DNA from: an uncultured Erysipelotrichaceae bacterium
Lineage (GTDB): Bacteria; Bacillota_I; Bacilli_A; Erysipelotrichales; Erysipelotrichaceae
Assembly (NCBI GenBank): GCA_945877255.1
Contig: CAMCRE010000004.1
Span: 26,484 to 90,483, forward strand
DNA: 64,000 bases
Direction of reading: 5' to 3'
Below are positions 28,481 through 37,659 of the stretch, piece after piece. Each line of letters opens with the position of its first letter. Within the stretch, counting starts at the first letter, position 1. Both the position numbers and the translations under genes were made by a program. The notes beneath the pieces are model-generated. The model was given only the letters and a program-made list of their open reading frames with translations, did not search any database and was not told the DNA's origin.

Positions 28481-28519
28481 TTTATCACCCCTTGTTTTAT
28501 ATCATATTCCTTAATTTAA

Positions 28520-28561
28520 CACAACAAAAACCATTTCTACTGAAATTAGTAAAAATGGTTT
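28520..28561 (-). terminator. Intrinsic terminator after the EF-G paralogue
   Basis: AAACCATTTTTACT-aatttc-AGTAGAAATGGTTT plus TTGTTGTG on the minus strand. Confidence 0.65.
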
Positions 28562-28568
28562 AAATTTT

Positions 28569-30617
28569 TTATTTCAAAACGCTACTAACTAAAAATTCTG
28601 GCAATACTTCGTATCCGTCATCAACAGAAGTAAACGTTGCATTTCCACTCGTCATTGCACGTAAGTTCGTTGCATAGTCCACAACAGAAGCAAATGGTAC
28701 GCGTGCTTGTATTACTTGTAATTCATCAATAATATCAACAGCTAAAACACTACCACGTCGTTTATTAATATCACCAATAACGCTTCCTAAGTATTCTTCA
28801 TCACATTTAATCGTTAATATCACCATTGGTTCAAGTAATATTGGGTTCGCTTTTGTCATTGCATCTTTAAACGCTAAATGTGCTGCTAATTTAAATGACA
28901 TTTCACTAGAGTCAACATCATGATATTTACCATCTTTTAAAACACACTTAACATTAACCATTTTATAATTACCTAATGGTCCACTTAGCATACATTCTCT
29001 TAATCCTTCTTCAACTGCTGAGAAATATTGTTTTGGTACTGCTCCACCAAATACAGTTTCTTCAAATACCATTTCATCTTGACTATCACAATGTGAGAAT
29101 TCCACAAATACATGTCCAAATTGACCATGTCCTCCTGATTGTTTTTTATGTTTACCTTCTCCCATTACTGTTTTTCGTATTGTTTCTCGATAAGCAACTT
29201 TAATTGTATCTAATATTACTTCAACTTTATATTTTTTATTTAACTTAGAAACAATAACATCTAAATGTTGATCACCCATCGTTTGTAATACAAGTTCTTT
29301 CGTTTCTAAATTATTCGTTAAGACAACACTTTGATCTTCCTCACAAATTTTTTGTAATGCACCATTTAATTTATCTTCATCATTTTTAGACTTCGGTTTC
29401 ACACTTCTAAACATCATCCCTTTTTCAAACGCTATATCCGATACAAGGTAACGATGTTTCACATCACATAGCGTGTCATTAGTATTGGTATGATTTAAAC
29501 GCATAATTGCACCGATATCACCAGTAAACAGCTTCCCTACAGCTAACTGTAATTTACCCCTAACACTATAAAGTTGCCCAATTTTTTCTTCAACATCTTT
29601 TGTTGTGTTAAGTAAAACACTATCATTTTTTAATGTTCCGTTAATAACTTTCACATACGAAATTTTACCCACAAACGCATCAATTACCGTTTTGAATACT
29701 TTTAATACTACCGATTCATTTTCATCAATCACGATTTCACATAATTCATCATCTTTTTCAACTGTAACATGTCCAATTTGTGCATAACTAGGTAAATATT
29801 TAACAATAAGATCCAATAAACGATTTACACCCACAAATGATGTAGCACTGCCACTAAACACCGGTGTAATATCACCATTTAAAACACCTAGACGCAATCC
29901 TTTTGTAAGTTGTGTGTCATCAAAACTACCTTCCGTTAAATAAACTTCCATCAATTCTTCGTCATTCATCGCAATAGCGTCGTATATTTGCGTACGGTAT
30001 TCTTCAACTAATGATTTATATTGTTCTGGAACATCATAACTAATTGTATCGGATGCTTTTTCTCCTTTAAAATACCAAACTTTTTCACGTAGTATATTAA
30101 TCGTTGCGACTAATTCATTATTTTCATAAATAGGATATTCAAAAGGTATTACTGTTTTTCCAAACGTTTCTCTTAATTCTTCATATGTTTTTTCAAAATT
30201 CGTATTTTCTTCATCTAGTTTATTAATAAATATAATCGTCGGTAATTTTTTATTTCTAATTAATTTATATAATTTTTTAGTATAAGAACTAATATTTTCT
30301 TTACCATCAATAACTAATAATGCACTTTCTACTGCTGATAAACTTCCTTGCACTTCCGCAAAATAGTCAATATATCCTGGTGTATCAATGAAATTAATTT
30401 TGCTGTCTTTCCACTCAATTGGTGCTAATGCACTATAAATACTTGATTGCTTACGAATTTCATCAAAATCAAAATCTAACGCTGTACGAATATCTTTTCC
30501 ACTATTATCTAAACAATTCGTATATTCCAGCATTTTACATATTAATGATGTTTTACCTGAACCATTGTGTCCTATCACGGCAATGTTTCTTACTTGGTGT
30601 GACAAATAATCTTTCAT
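28569..30617 (-). CDS. Elongation factor G-family GTPase (EF-G paralogue, 682 aa)
   Basis: G1 GHNGSGKTS, G3 DTPG, G4 NKLD; domain IV GKYHDVDSSEMSFK as in EF-G. Confidence 0.85.
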   Translation of the reverse strand: MKDYLSHQVRNIAVIGHNGSGKTSLICKMLEYTNCLDNSGKDIRTALDFDFDEIRKQSSIYSALAPIEWKDSKINFIDTPGYIDYFAEVQGSLSAVESALLVIDGKENISSYTKKLYKLIRNKKLPTIIFINKLDEENTNFEKTYEELRETFGKTVIPFEYPIYENNELVATINILREKVWYFKGEKASDTISYDVPEQYKSLVEEYRTQIYDAIAMNDEELMEVYLTEGSFDDTQLTKGLRLGVLNGDITPVFSGSATSFVGVNRLLDLIVKYLPSYAQIGHVTVEKDDELCEIVIDENESVVLKVFKTVIDAFVGKISYVKVINGTLKNDSVLLNTTKDVEEKIGQLYSVRGKLQLAVGKLFTGDIGAIMRLNHTNTNDTLCDVKHRYLVSDIAFEKGMMFRSVKPKSKNDEDKLNGALQKICEEDQSVVLTNNLETKELVLQTMGDQHLDVIVSKLNKKYKVEVILDTIKVAYRETIRKTVMGEGKHKKQSGGHGQFGHVFVEFSHCDSQDEMVFEETVFGGAVPKQYFSAVEEGLRECMLSGPLGNYKMVNVKCVLKDGKYHDVDSSEMSFKLAAHLAFKDAMTKANPILLEPMVILTIKCDEEYLGSVIGDINKRRGSVLAVDIIDELQVIQARVPFASVVDYATNLRAMTSGNATFTSVDDGYEVLPEFLVSSVLK

Positions 30618-30618
30618 A

Positions 30619-31293
30619 TTAATTTACCCCCAATATATCTTTTAAATCATCATAACAAAATTCACGTACATAATCTAGTGCTTTTTTACCACTACTATCA
30701 GTTTGTTTAACATCAGCTCCTTTATTAACTAAGTGTGCAACTAATAATTTATCGCCCATAAATGCTGCTCGCATCAACGCATTTCTTCCTTCATGATCTT
30801 GTAAATTAATATTAGCGTGCTCATTAATCAATAGCTCAACGATTTCTTTTTTATGTGCTAAACAAGCTTCCATTAATGGTGTTCTTCCCATTTGGTCTTG
30901 GATATCCACAAACGCATGATGTTTCAACAATAATTCAACAATTCGTGTATGTCCTAAAAACGCAGCACGTGCAATACTACTTCTTCCTTTATTATCTTTC
31001 GCATTCACATTCGCATTCGCCAACAATAACTTCTTACAAATCGTTAAATTGTTGCGTTTACTTGCACCCATTAATGCTGTTCGACCACGTGAATCAACTG
31101 CATTCACATTTGCTCCATAGTCAATTAATAATTGGACGATGTCTTTATACCCTCTTTTTGCACTACGCATTAATGGTGTTCTACCATCATCATCACAATA
31201 ATTTACATCTGCTCCTGCTTTAATCGCTGCCATGACTTTAGCAACTTCTCCACTAGCTGATGCTTCCCATAACTGTTTTACATTCAAGTCCAT
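30619..31293 (-). CDS. Ankyrin-repeat protein (about 6 repeats, 224 aa)
   Basis: Repeated DxxGRTPLMxAxxxGHxxIVxLLIxxGANVN units. Its stop is 1 nt from the EF-G-like ATG. Confidence 0.9.
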   Translation of the reverse strand: MDLNVKQLWEASASGEVAKVMAAIKAGADVNYCDDDGRTPLMRSAKRGYKDIVQLLIDYGANVNAVDSRGRTALMGASKRNNLTICKKLLLANANVNAKDNKGRSSIARAAFLGHTRIVELLLKHHAFVDIQDQMGRTPLMEACLAHKKEIVELLINEHANINLQDHEGRNALMRAAFMGDKLLVAHLVNKGADVKQTDSSGKKALDYVREFCYDDLKDILGVN

Positions 31294-31311
31294 ATTTTTC
31301 CCTCCTTACGA

Positions 31312-31347
31312 CTTAATAAAACAAAAGCACACAAAAATTGTGTGCTT
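31312..31347 (-). terminator. Leader (attenuator) intrinsic terminator upstream of the ankyrin gene
   Basis: AAGCACACAA-ttt-TTGTGTGCTT (10 bp perfect) followed by TTGTTTTATT. It lies between the leader ORF stop and the ank RBS. Confidence 0.75.
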
Positions 31348-31406
31348 CAAGACATAAAAGTAGTACCACAACAAACAAATTGTTTTACATTAAAAACGAT
31401 TGTCAT
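31347..31406 (-). CDS. 19-codon leader peptide ORF MTIVFNVKQFVCCGTTFMS
   Basis: RBS GAAAGGAGTGG 5 nt before the ATG. The final A of its TGA (31347) is the first base of the terminator 5' arm. Tandem Cys codons. Confidence 0.55.
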   Translation of the reverse strand: MTIVFNVKQFVCCGTTFMS

Positions 31407-31432
31407 TGTAACCACTCCTTTCTGGTAATTTT

Positions 31433-31461
31433 ATTATACCACATTTTTTTATCGTTGTGAA
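31433..31461 (-). promoter_or_regulatory. Promoter of the leader-ank-EF-G-like operon
   Basis: TTCACA (31461..31456), 17 nt spacer, TGgTATAAT (-10 at 31438..31433). Confidence 0.6.
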
Positions 31462-31621
31462 TACATTTTTTAAATTTTTTTGCAGTTATAAAATTGATGT
31501 GAGAATTTTATTGAAAAAAAGAGTAAATATCCTATCATAATATTAACCAAAATGCTTACAACTTTTTTAAAGATTACTATTTTTATTTGCGTTTCCAAGT
31601 TGTCAACTATTTTATTATATG

Positions 31622-31657
31622 CAAATAATAAAAAACTCGCATTTTAACGAGTTTTTT
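31622..31657 (-). terminator. Intrinsic terminator of the surface-protein gene
   Basis: AAAAAACTCG-ttaaaatg-CGAGTTTTTT plus ATTATTT; includes the stop codon. Confidence 0.75.
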
Positions 31658-34600
31658 CAATATTCTTTATAACTAATAATGAACATAACGAAGCCACAAA
31701 AAGCATGTAATAATAATTTTTAGTATCATTCGTTTTAATATCTTCTTTTGGTTTCTTAATAATCTTATTTCTTACCGTAAACCCTTCAACAATTGATTCA
31801 TATCCTAATACTGGTTCTTCTTTAATTGTGTATTGAATTTTGTTTTGACCATCATATATCGGTAAGTTATCAATGTTTTTTTCAAAATTCATGGCTTTCG
31901 ATAAAATATGCTCACTATGTAATTTTCCATCCGCAAATAATTTAATCATGATTTCATCTGGACGAATACCGTTTTCATCATTGTTGTCATCCCAAATTTT
32001 TTGAATTTTGATTGTGTTAGTCTGAGTATTCGTCATCGTGATAACCGTATCAATGATAACTTTAGCAGTTGACGGATAATTGATTTTCACTTTATCTTGA
32101 ACTTCTAATGTAACTTTATCAGTTGCTGTTGGATTAAGTACATAGCCCTTGTTTTTGATTTGTTGTGCAATATCAATTAATTGATCATCGCTCAATTGTG
32201 TATCACCTTGCCAAATCGGTAATGATTCATTATTAGTATTTAATACAACTAATTTACTTTCAATATTTTTTTGTGTCAAAGCAAAATTAGGAAGTTTCTC
32301 TTCACTAATATCAATACTACTAATCATTCCTTTTTTTATAATTGATGTTGTAAATGCATTAGCATCATTTAAAACTAACGTATTTTTTTCATCATCCAAC
32401 ATTAATGATACTTCTAAAGCATTTGGTTTTTCATCCGCCAACCATTTTTTATGTATTCGAATATGCTCTTCTGGTAAATAATAGTTATTTCCCACTAATG
32501 TGAACACATTTTTTACATCAAGATCAGCTACTATTAATTCATCACTGCTATCATTTGGTGTTAATTTAGGAATACGTAAAATAAATTTATTATTCGCTTC
32601 CTTAACTAATTCCACAATGTATTCACCTTCATTATGCGTATTTTTAAACGTCCCTAAATTTCTTGGGAATGGCACATCATTTTCATCTAAATAATATTGC
32701 ACAACGATTTCAGCATCACTAGTAACATCTGGTATGACTAATTGAACTTGATCAGAAATTAGATCACCAATTATTTGATTTGAATTTTTTTGATATTTAA
32801 TATTTATCGGAATATTTTGTTGTTGATATTTAAGTGTGATCGGTATTTTACTAACGTTAATAATTCCACCAGGATAATCTTTTCCTAAAGTGAATTGCGA
32901 TGTTCCTTTACGTTTTAATTGTAAGTTTAAGCGTAAAGTATTACTTGCTTGTTGTGTTAAATAATAACCTGGTGTTAATTCTTTAATAATATAATGATTA
33001 TTTGGAATAGCTTTTTCACTTGGTAATTCATCAAATAATGCTGTCCAATTATTAGTTGCATTTAATGTTACTTCACGTTTCTCATTGTTTTTGAGAACTG
33101 GTTTTTCCTCACCATCTTCTACCATAAATAAACCAACTTTTATTTCTGATACACGTAATTCCTCCGGTATATGCTCCCAATTCTTACGCACATACAATTC
33201 GTTAAATTGATGATTGATCAATTGTATTGCACTATTTTCTAAATTAACGATACCATTTATTTTATAACCAATATTATTACGAGTATAGTCATCAGAAAAA
33301 CCGATATTATTTGGATAACCTGTTGTATCTAAAGCGTTTGTCCATAAATACGGTAACTCTATTTTTATAACATCATTTTCTGGTTCATGAATAATAATAC
33401 GATGTGGTTCATCAGTATAATTATACAAACCAATATAATTTGCGTATTTTTGATCTGTACTATGATATGTGATATTTAATTGTTTCTCATTACCTTCAAA
33501 CCATTCATGTACAATCTCTGTTGAAAACGGATTAACACGATCGTATTTTAAAATTGTATTTCTAGACTCGATAATATCATTGTTTTTGTTGATGAAATCA
33601 ATATTTAAATTTAGTTCAAGTGCTTCTCCAAAACTATCTACAGTACTATACTGATGATCTGGATTCAACCAAACACGCGTTAATTTTAACGCTTTACCCA
33701 ATTCAATAACTTCTGGATATGTCTTACTTGTATTACGCTCAACAATACGATATTGTAACCCTTTTTCAATTAATTGTTGTTTAGAATATGGTAAATTTTT
33801 AAAAGTTCCACGATAATTGTTTTGAGTAGATAACGTCATCTCACTATACTTGTTATTTGAAATATATAAATCTACATCAATGCTATCTGGAAAATTTTGA
33901 ACTGTGCTATCCCATTTTTTCTCAACAATTAATTCGTAATTTTGCGGTTCGCCAAGTGCCTTGATATTTGCGTTAGAACCAATTCCGCCACCTTTCAATG
34001 CTTCATTTTCTAAAATAAACATATTAGAATTTTTCCAAGCTTCTTGCTTAGTTTGTTCGTCTAACTGTGCTTTTAAAGCAACTGAATTGTTTGTGTCATT
34101 TAAATTTGGTGCAACTTCGCCATTATCTAAAGTATAACGTATTATTCCACCTTGTTGCGTTATTGGAGAAATATGCGTATAAAAATTCATAGACACATTT
34201 TTTCTATTTAAAAAATAACGACTCGCTTTACGTACCGTACGAATATCGCCACCTTGTTCACTTTCTGCAGTGTTATCAAAAATATAAACTGAATGAAAAT
34301 CTTGGAAATCTACTACTCCCACAGGGCAATTCCAATATCCGCCACCTTCTCCTGCTGAATATTGATATCGTTGACCATTTACTGCTCTATTTTTAGAAAT
34401 CAGTGTATTTTTTAAATTTAATGTATGTGGAACAATTGACATATACAATCCGCCACCTTGATTTTCAGCACTGTTTCCAATAATATAACCTTTATTTAAT
34501 GAAATCAGTGATGAATTGGCATAAATTGCACCACCGGCTGCACTATTATTACCATCAACATAAACTTTCGCTTTATTTTTATATAGCAAACCACCATTCA

Positions 34601-35798
34601 TGATTAATTCAGCACCCGCAAATGTTTTGTATTCGTCATATTGTATTGTAACAGTGTTAGAATAACTTACACCATCAAATGCTGTCACATAGTTATCATG
34701 AACTGCAATAGCCCCACCTCTTGAACTTTCATTTCCAGCAATAATACCATTATTAAGCTGTACAGTTGCATTGGCATCAACGTGGATACCGCCACCAATA
34801 TTTTCACTAAATGATTGCTCGCTAACATCGACTAAGCGATTATTAACGATATAACCACCATTTATAATTAATTGTGCTTTAGTAGTTGAAACTTCTTCTC
34901 TTGTGTTCGCAGCAGCCGCCCCCACAAATATTCCACCTACTGTAGCAGTATTATTATCAATACTTCCGCCATTAATCGTTAATGAAGCTGCATCAGAAAC
35001 ATAAATACCACCTGTACTGTAATAATCACCTAACCAACTTCCATCTTTACTTTTAACGTATGAAATATTTTTATTTTTTGTAATTCTCCCACCATTCATC
35101 ACCATGTTGGCGTTTTTTTCTAAGAAAATCGGTGCAGAATAACCTTTTTCATTATTGCTGTTAGTGATTGTACCACCATTTAATTGCAATGTTCCCTTAA
35201 CAACAATCATTCCTTTATTAGCGGTTTTAATTTCAGTATTGCCGTCAATTACTAGACCATCTTCAATAGATTGCCCTAATGTAAGTGTTGCATTTTGATC
35301 GACATTAATTAATTCACCACTAAATGTTGCACTTCTTTTTAATCCAGATACTGAATTTAACGTTGTACTAATCGCTAACGCTATTTCACCTTTTTTCTTA
35401 GCATCTTCCACTAGTTGCATACGTCTTTCAACACTATCATCTTGTTTTGGCAATTGAATGTTAGACTGCTCTTGTGTTCCTACAGGTGTTATTACTTCAC
35501 TTGTGGCAAGCGTAATATTTTTTCCTGCTGGGATGTTTATTCTACTTGTTACTTCAATTATATTTTTTAATATAATTAAACTGTTTTCGTTTTGTGGCGC
35601 ATCAATCATTGCTTGTTGCATTTCAGCAAACGTCGTTACTTCTTTTTGAAATGTATAGTTTATCATTCTATGATTATTCATTCTACTACTTGCTTCTTCA
35701 CCGTAAATTTTTTTACTCGTAAACACTGATAAAATCATTGCACAAACTACAATAATTGAGAATAATCTTATATAAATTTTAATTTTTTTATTGTTCAT
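31644..35798 (-). CDS. 1384-aa cell-surface protein: signal anchor, Pmp-like parallel beta-helix region, CnaB-type Ig-like repeats, C-terminal TM anchor
   Basis: Many GGAI/GGGI/GGGL/GGIY turns in residues ~200-610. CnaB-like starts KKWDS, RKNWEH, HKKWLAD, QKIWDDNNDENGIRPDEIMIKLFADG. The protein ends in a hydrophobic stretch plus KNIEKTR, with no LPxTG. Confidence 0.8.
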   Translation of the reverse strand: MNNKKIKIYIRLFSIIVVCAMILSVFTSKKIYGEEASSRMNNHRMINYTFQKEVTTFAEMQQAMIDAPQNENSLIILKNIIEVTSRINIPAGKNITLATSEVITPVGTQEQSNIQLPKQDDSVERRMQLVEDAKKKGEIALAISTTLNSVSGLKRSATFSGELINVDQNATLTLGQSIEDGLVIDGNTEIKTANKGMIVVKGTLQLNGGTITNSNNEKGYSAPIFLEKNANMVMNGGRITKNKNISYVKSKDGSWLGDYYSTGGIYVSDAASLTINGGSIDNNTATVGGIFVGAAAANTREEVSTTKAQLIINGGYIVNNRLVDVSEQSFSENIGGGIHVDANATVQLNNGIIAGNESSRGGAIAVHDNYVTAFDGVSYSNTVTIQYDEYKTFAGAELIMNGGLLYKNKAKVYVDGNNSAAGGAIYANSSLISLNKGYIIGNSAENQGGGLYMSIVPHTLNLKNTLISKNRAVNGQRYQYSAGEGGGYWNCPVGVVDFQDFHSVYIFDNTAESEQGGDIRTVRKASRYFLNRKNVSMNFYTHISPITQQGGIIRYTLDNGEVAPNLNDTNNSVALKAQLDEQTKQEAWKNSNMFILENEALKGGGIGSNANIKALGEPQNYELIVEKKWDSTVQNFPDSIDVDLYISNNKYSEMTLSTQNNYRGTFKNLPYSKQQLIEKGLQYRIVERNTSKTYPEVIELGKALKLTRVWLNPDHQYSTVDSFGEALELNLNIDFINKNNDIIESRNTILKYDRVNPFSTEIVHEWFEGNEKQLNITYHSTDQKYANYIGLYNYTDEPHRIIIHEPENDVIKIELPYLWTNALDTTGYPNNIGFSDDYTRNNIGYKINGIVNLENSAIQLINHQFNELYVRKNWEHIPEELRVSEIKVGLFMVEDGEEKPVLKNNEKREVTLNATNNWTALFDELPSEKAIPNNHYIIKELTPGYYLTQQASNTLRLNLQLKRKGTSQFTLGKDYPGGIINVSKIPITLKYQQQNIPINIKYQKNSNQIIGDLISDQVQLVIPDVTSDAEIVVQYYLDENDVPFPRNLGTFKNTHNEGEYIVELVKEANNKFILRIPKLTPNDSSDELIVADLDVKNVFTLVGNNYYLPEEHIRIHKKWLADEKPNALEVSLMLDDEKNTLVLNDANAFTTSIIKKGMISSIDISEEKLPNFALTQKNIESKLVVLNTNNESLPIWQGDTQLSDDQLIDIAQQIKNKGYVLNPTATDKVTLEVQDKVKINYPSTAKVIIDTVITMTNTQTNTIKIQKIWDDNNDENGIRPDEIMIKLFADGKLHSEHILSKAMNFEKNIDNLPIYDGQNKIQYTIKEEPVLGYESIVEGFTVRNKIIKKPKEDIKTNDTKNYYYMLFVASLCSLLVIKNIEKTR

Positions 35799-35860
35799 AA
35801 TTCACCTCCTATATTCATAGAAAGATAAAACTTTAGAAATAATGATGCTCCTTCAACACA

Positions 35861-35889
35861 CATTGTAGCAAGTTTTTTTAAATTAATCA
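35861..35889 (-). promoter_or_regulatory. Promoter of the surface-protein gene
   Basis: TTGATT (35889..35884), 17 nt spacer, TACAAT (35866..35861). Confidence 0.5.
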
Positions 35890-35924
35890 ACCCTTATTAA
35901 AATTTTTTTAAAATAAGTTGATTA
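35882..35924. repeat. 43-bp imperfect palindrome overlapping the -35 box
   Basis: TTAATCAAC...GTTGATTAA 9-bp arms plus inner TTATT/AATAA pairing. Confidence 0.6.
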
Positions 35925-35981
35925 ATATCTATATAATAAAAAAATCATTACACTTATTTAATTGTGCAACGATTTTTATGA

Positions 35982-36650
35982 TTATTTAACTTTTCTAAAA
36001 TATTTATATAAAGTATCACCAATAAATTGTACGACAAACACAATTGCTAGTATTAGTAATACTGTAACCAACATTATGTCATCTTTAAATTCATTGTATC
36101 CATATTGAAGTGCAAACGATCCTAGTCCACCTCCACCAAAGCTACCAGCTACTGCTGAGAAACTAATTAAACTAATTAACGTTAATGTAATTGCTTGGAT
36201 AATGTATGGTAATGCTTCTTTTAAAATAACTTTGTAAATAATTTGAAGCGAAGTAAACCCCATTGATTCATATGCTTCAATAATACCTTTGTCTACTTGC
36301 AACAATGCTAGTTCAATTTGTTTCGCCATAAACGGAAACGTTCCTATTGCTAAGCTAACTGTTGCACCTTTAACACCGTATGGTGATCCTGCAATCATCT
36401 TAATTAACCACGGTATTGCTGAAATTAAAATAATAAACGGTATCGAACGCATCACATTAATACATTTAGAAAAAATAGAATAAATGAATTTATTTTCCAA
36501 TACACCATTTTTACCTAAACTATATAATAGTATGCCTAATGGTAATCCGATTAGTGTTGCATATATCCCCGCAAAAAACACCATCTGTAATGTCTCTTGT
36601 AAAGCTTTAATAATTAATGATTGATATTTAATTACATTCCCAAAAGTCAT
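35982..36650 (-). CDS. metI: Methionine ABC transporter permease
   Basis: 222-aa 5-TM permease downstream of MetN and MetQ homologues. Confidence 0.85.
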   Translation of the reverse strand: MTFGNVIKYQSLIIKALQETLQMVFFAGIYATLIGLPLGILLYSLGKNGVLENKFIYSIFSKCINVMRSIPFIILISAIPWLIKMIAGSPYGVKGATVSLAIGTFPFMAKQIELALLQVDKGIIEAYESMGFTSLQIIYKVILKEALPYIIQAITLTLISLISFSAVAGSFGGGGLGSFALQYGYNEFKDDIMLVTVLLILAIVFVVQFIGDTLYKYFRKVK

Positions 36651-37648
36651 TATTTAATCTCCTTTACTTGTACACCTTGTTTTGCTAAAACACTAATCGC
36701 TTCTTGAATTTGTGTTCCAGTAAACGCTATAATCATATTTCCGATTTTTCTTCCTACTAGAAATTCTATATTTCCAAATAAAATATTAACGTTAATATCT
36801 AATTGTTTTTGCAGATTAGATAAAATTGGTTGATCGACTACTTCCCCCACAAACGATAAACTATATACGTGTTCATGGTTTTTTAATACACTTTCTAATT
36901 CATCTGGATATTGTGATTGTTCCACAAACTGTTTAGTTGTTGGATGCGTTGGTGAAAAAAACACATCTAAAAGATTTCCTTTTTCCACCACTTTTCCATT
37001 TTCCATTACAGCTATCTTATTACAAATCGTTTTCACAACTTCCATTTGATGTGTAATCAATACAATTGTTACACCTAATTCTTGATTAATTTTTTTCAAC
37101 AACGATAATATCGAATGTGTTGTATTAGGATCTAACGCACTTGTCGCTTCATCACATAACAATATGTTACAGTGACGACTCAATGCTCTTGCTATTGCGA
37201 CACGTTGTTTTTGACCACCAGATAATTGACTAGGATAAGCATGTATTTTATCTTCTAAATCAACTAATTTTAATAATTCATGTACACGTTGCTTTATTGC
37301 TTCTTTTGTGTATCCTTTTGTGTTTTTTAATGGTGAGGCTATATTTTCATAAACCGTTGAAGATTGCAATAAATTGAAATGTTGGAAAATCATCCCAATA
37401 GATTCACGTTTCTTCAACAATTGTGGTTTTGATAGAGATTTTAATTCTTCCCCCGCAACAATAACTTCACCACTATCGTATTTTTCTAGTAAGTTTAAGC
37501 AACGAATTAACGTTGATTTACCAGCACCACTATAACCAATAATACCGTAAATATCTCCTTTTTCAATACTTAAAGTAACATCATCTACAGCATTAATTAT
37601 CGTGTTATTTAAGTGAAATTGTTTGTGTAGATTTTTAATCTCTATCAT
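36650..37648 (-). CDS. metN: Methionine ABC transporter ATP-binding protein
   Basis: GYSGAGKST, LSGGQKQR, LLCDEATSALD and a C-terminal NIL-type domain. Confidence 0.9.
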   Translation of the reverse strand: MIEIKNLHKQFHLNNTIINAVDDVTLSIEKGDIYGIIGYSGAGKSTLIRCLNLLEKYDSGEVIVAGEELKSLSKPQLLKKRESIGMIFQHFNLLQSSTVYENIASPLKNTKGYTKEAIKQRVHELLKLVDLEDKIHAYPSQLSGGQKQRVAIARALSRHCNILLCDEATSALDPNTTHSILSLLKKINQELGVTIVLITHQMEVVKTICNKIAVMENGKVVEKGNLLDVFFSPTHPTTKQFVEQSQYPDELESVLKNHEHVYSLSFVGEVVDQPILSNLQKQLDINVNILFGNIEFLVGRKIGNMIIAFTGTQIQEAISVLAKQGVQVKEIK

Positions 37649-37659
37649 GTTTATCCTCC

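Noticed and set aside
28569-30617. EF-G-like protein as a Tet(M)/Tet(O)-type ribosomal protection gene.
   Set aside because: The 682-aa length and the EF-G-type domain IV HDVDSSE loop fit an EF-G paralogue better than the ~640-aa RPPs. No resistance claim can be made from sequence alone.
31644-31760. LPxTG sortase signal at the C-terminus of the 1384-aa protein.
   Set aside because: The last 40 residues contain no LPxTG or NPxTG-like pentapeptide, only a hydrophobic helix with a basic tail.
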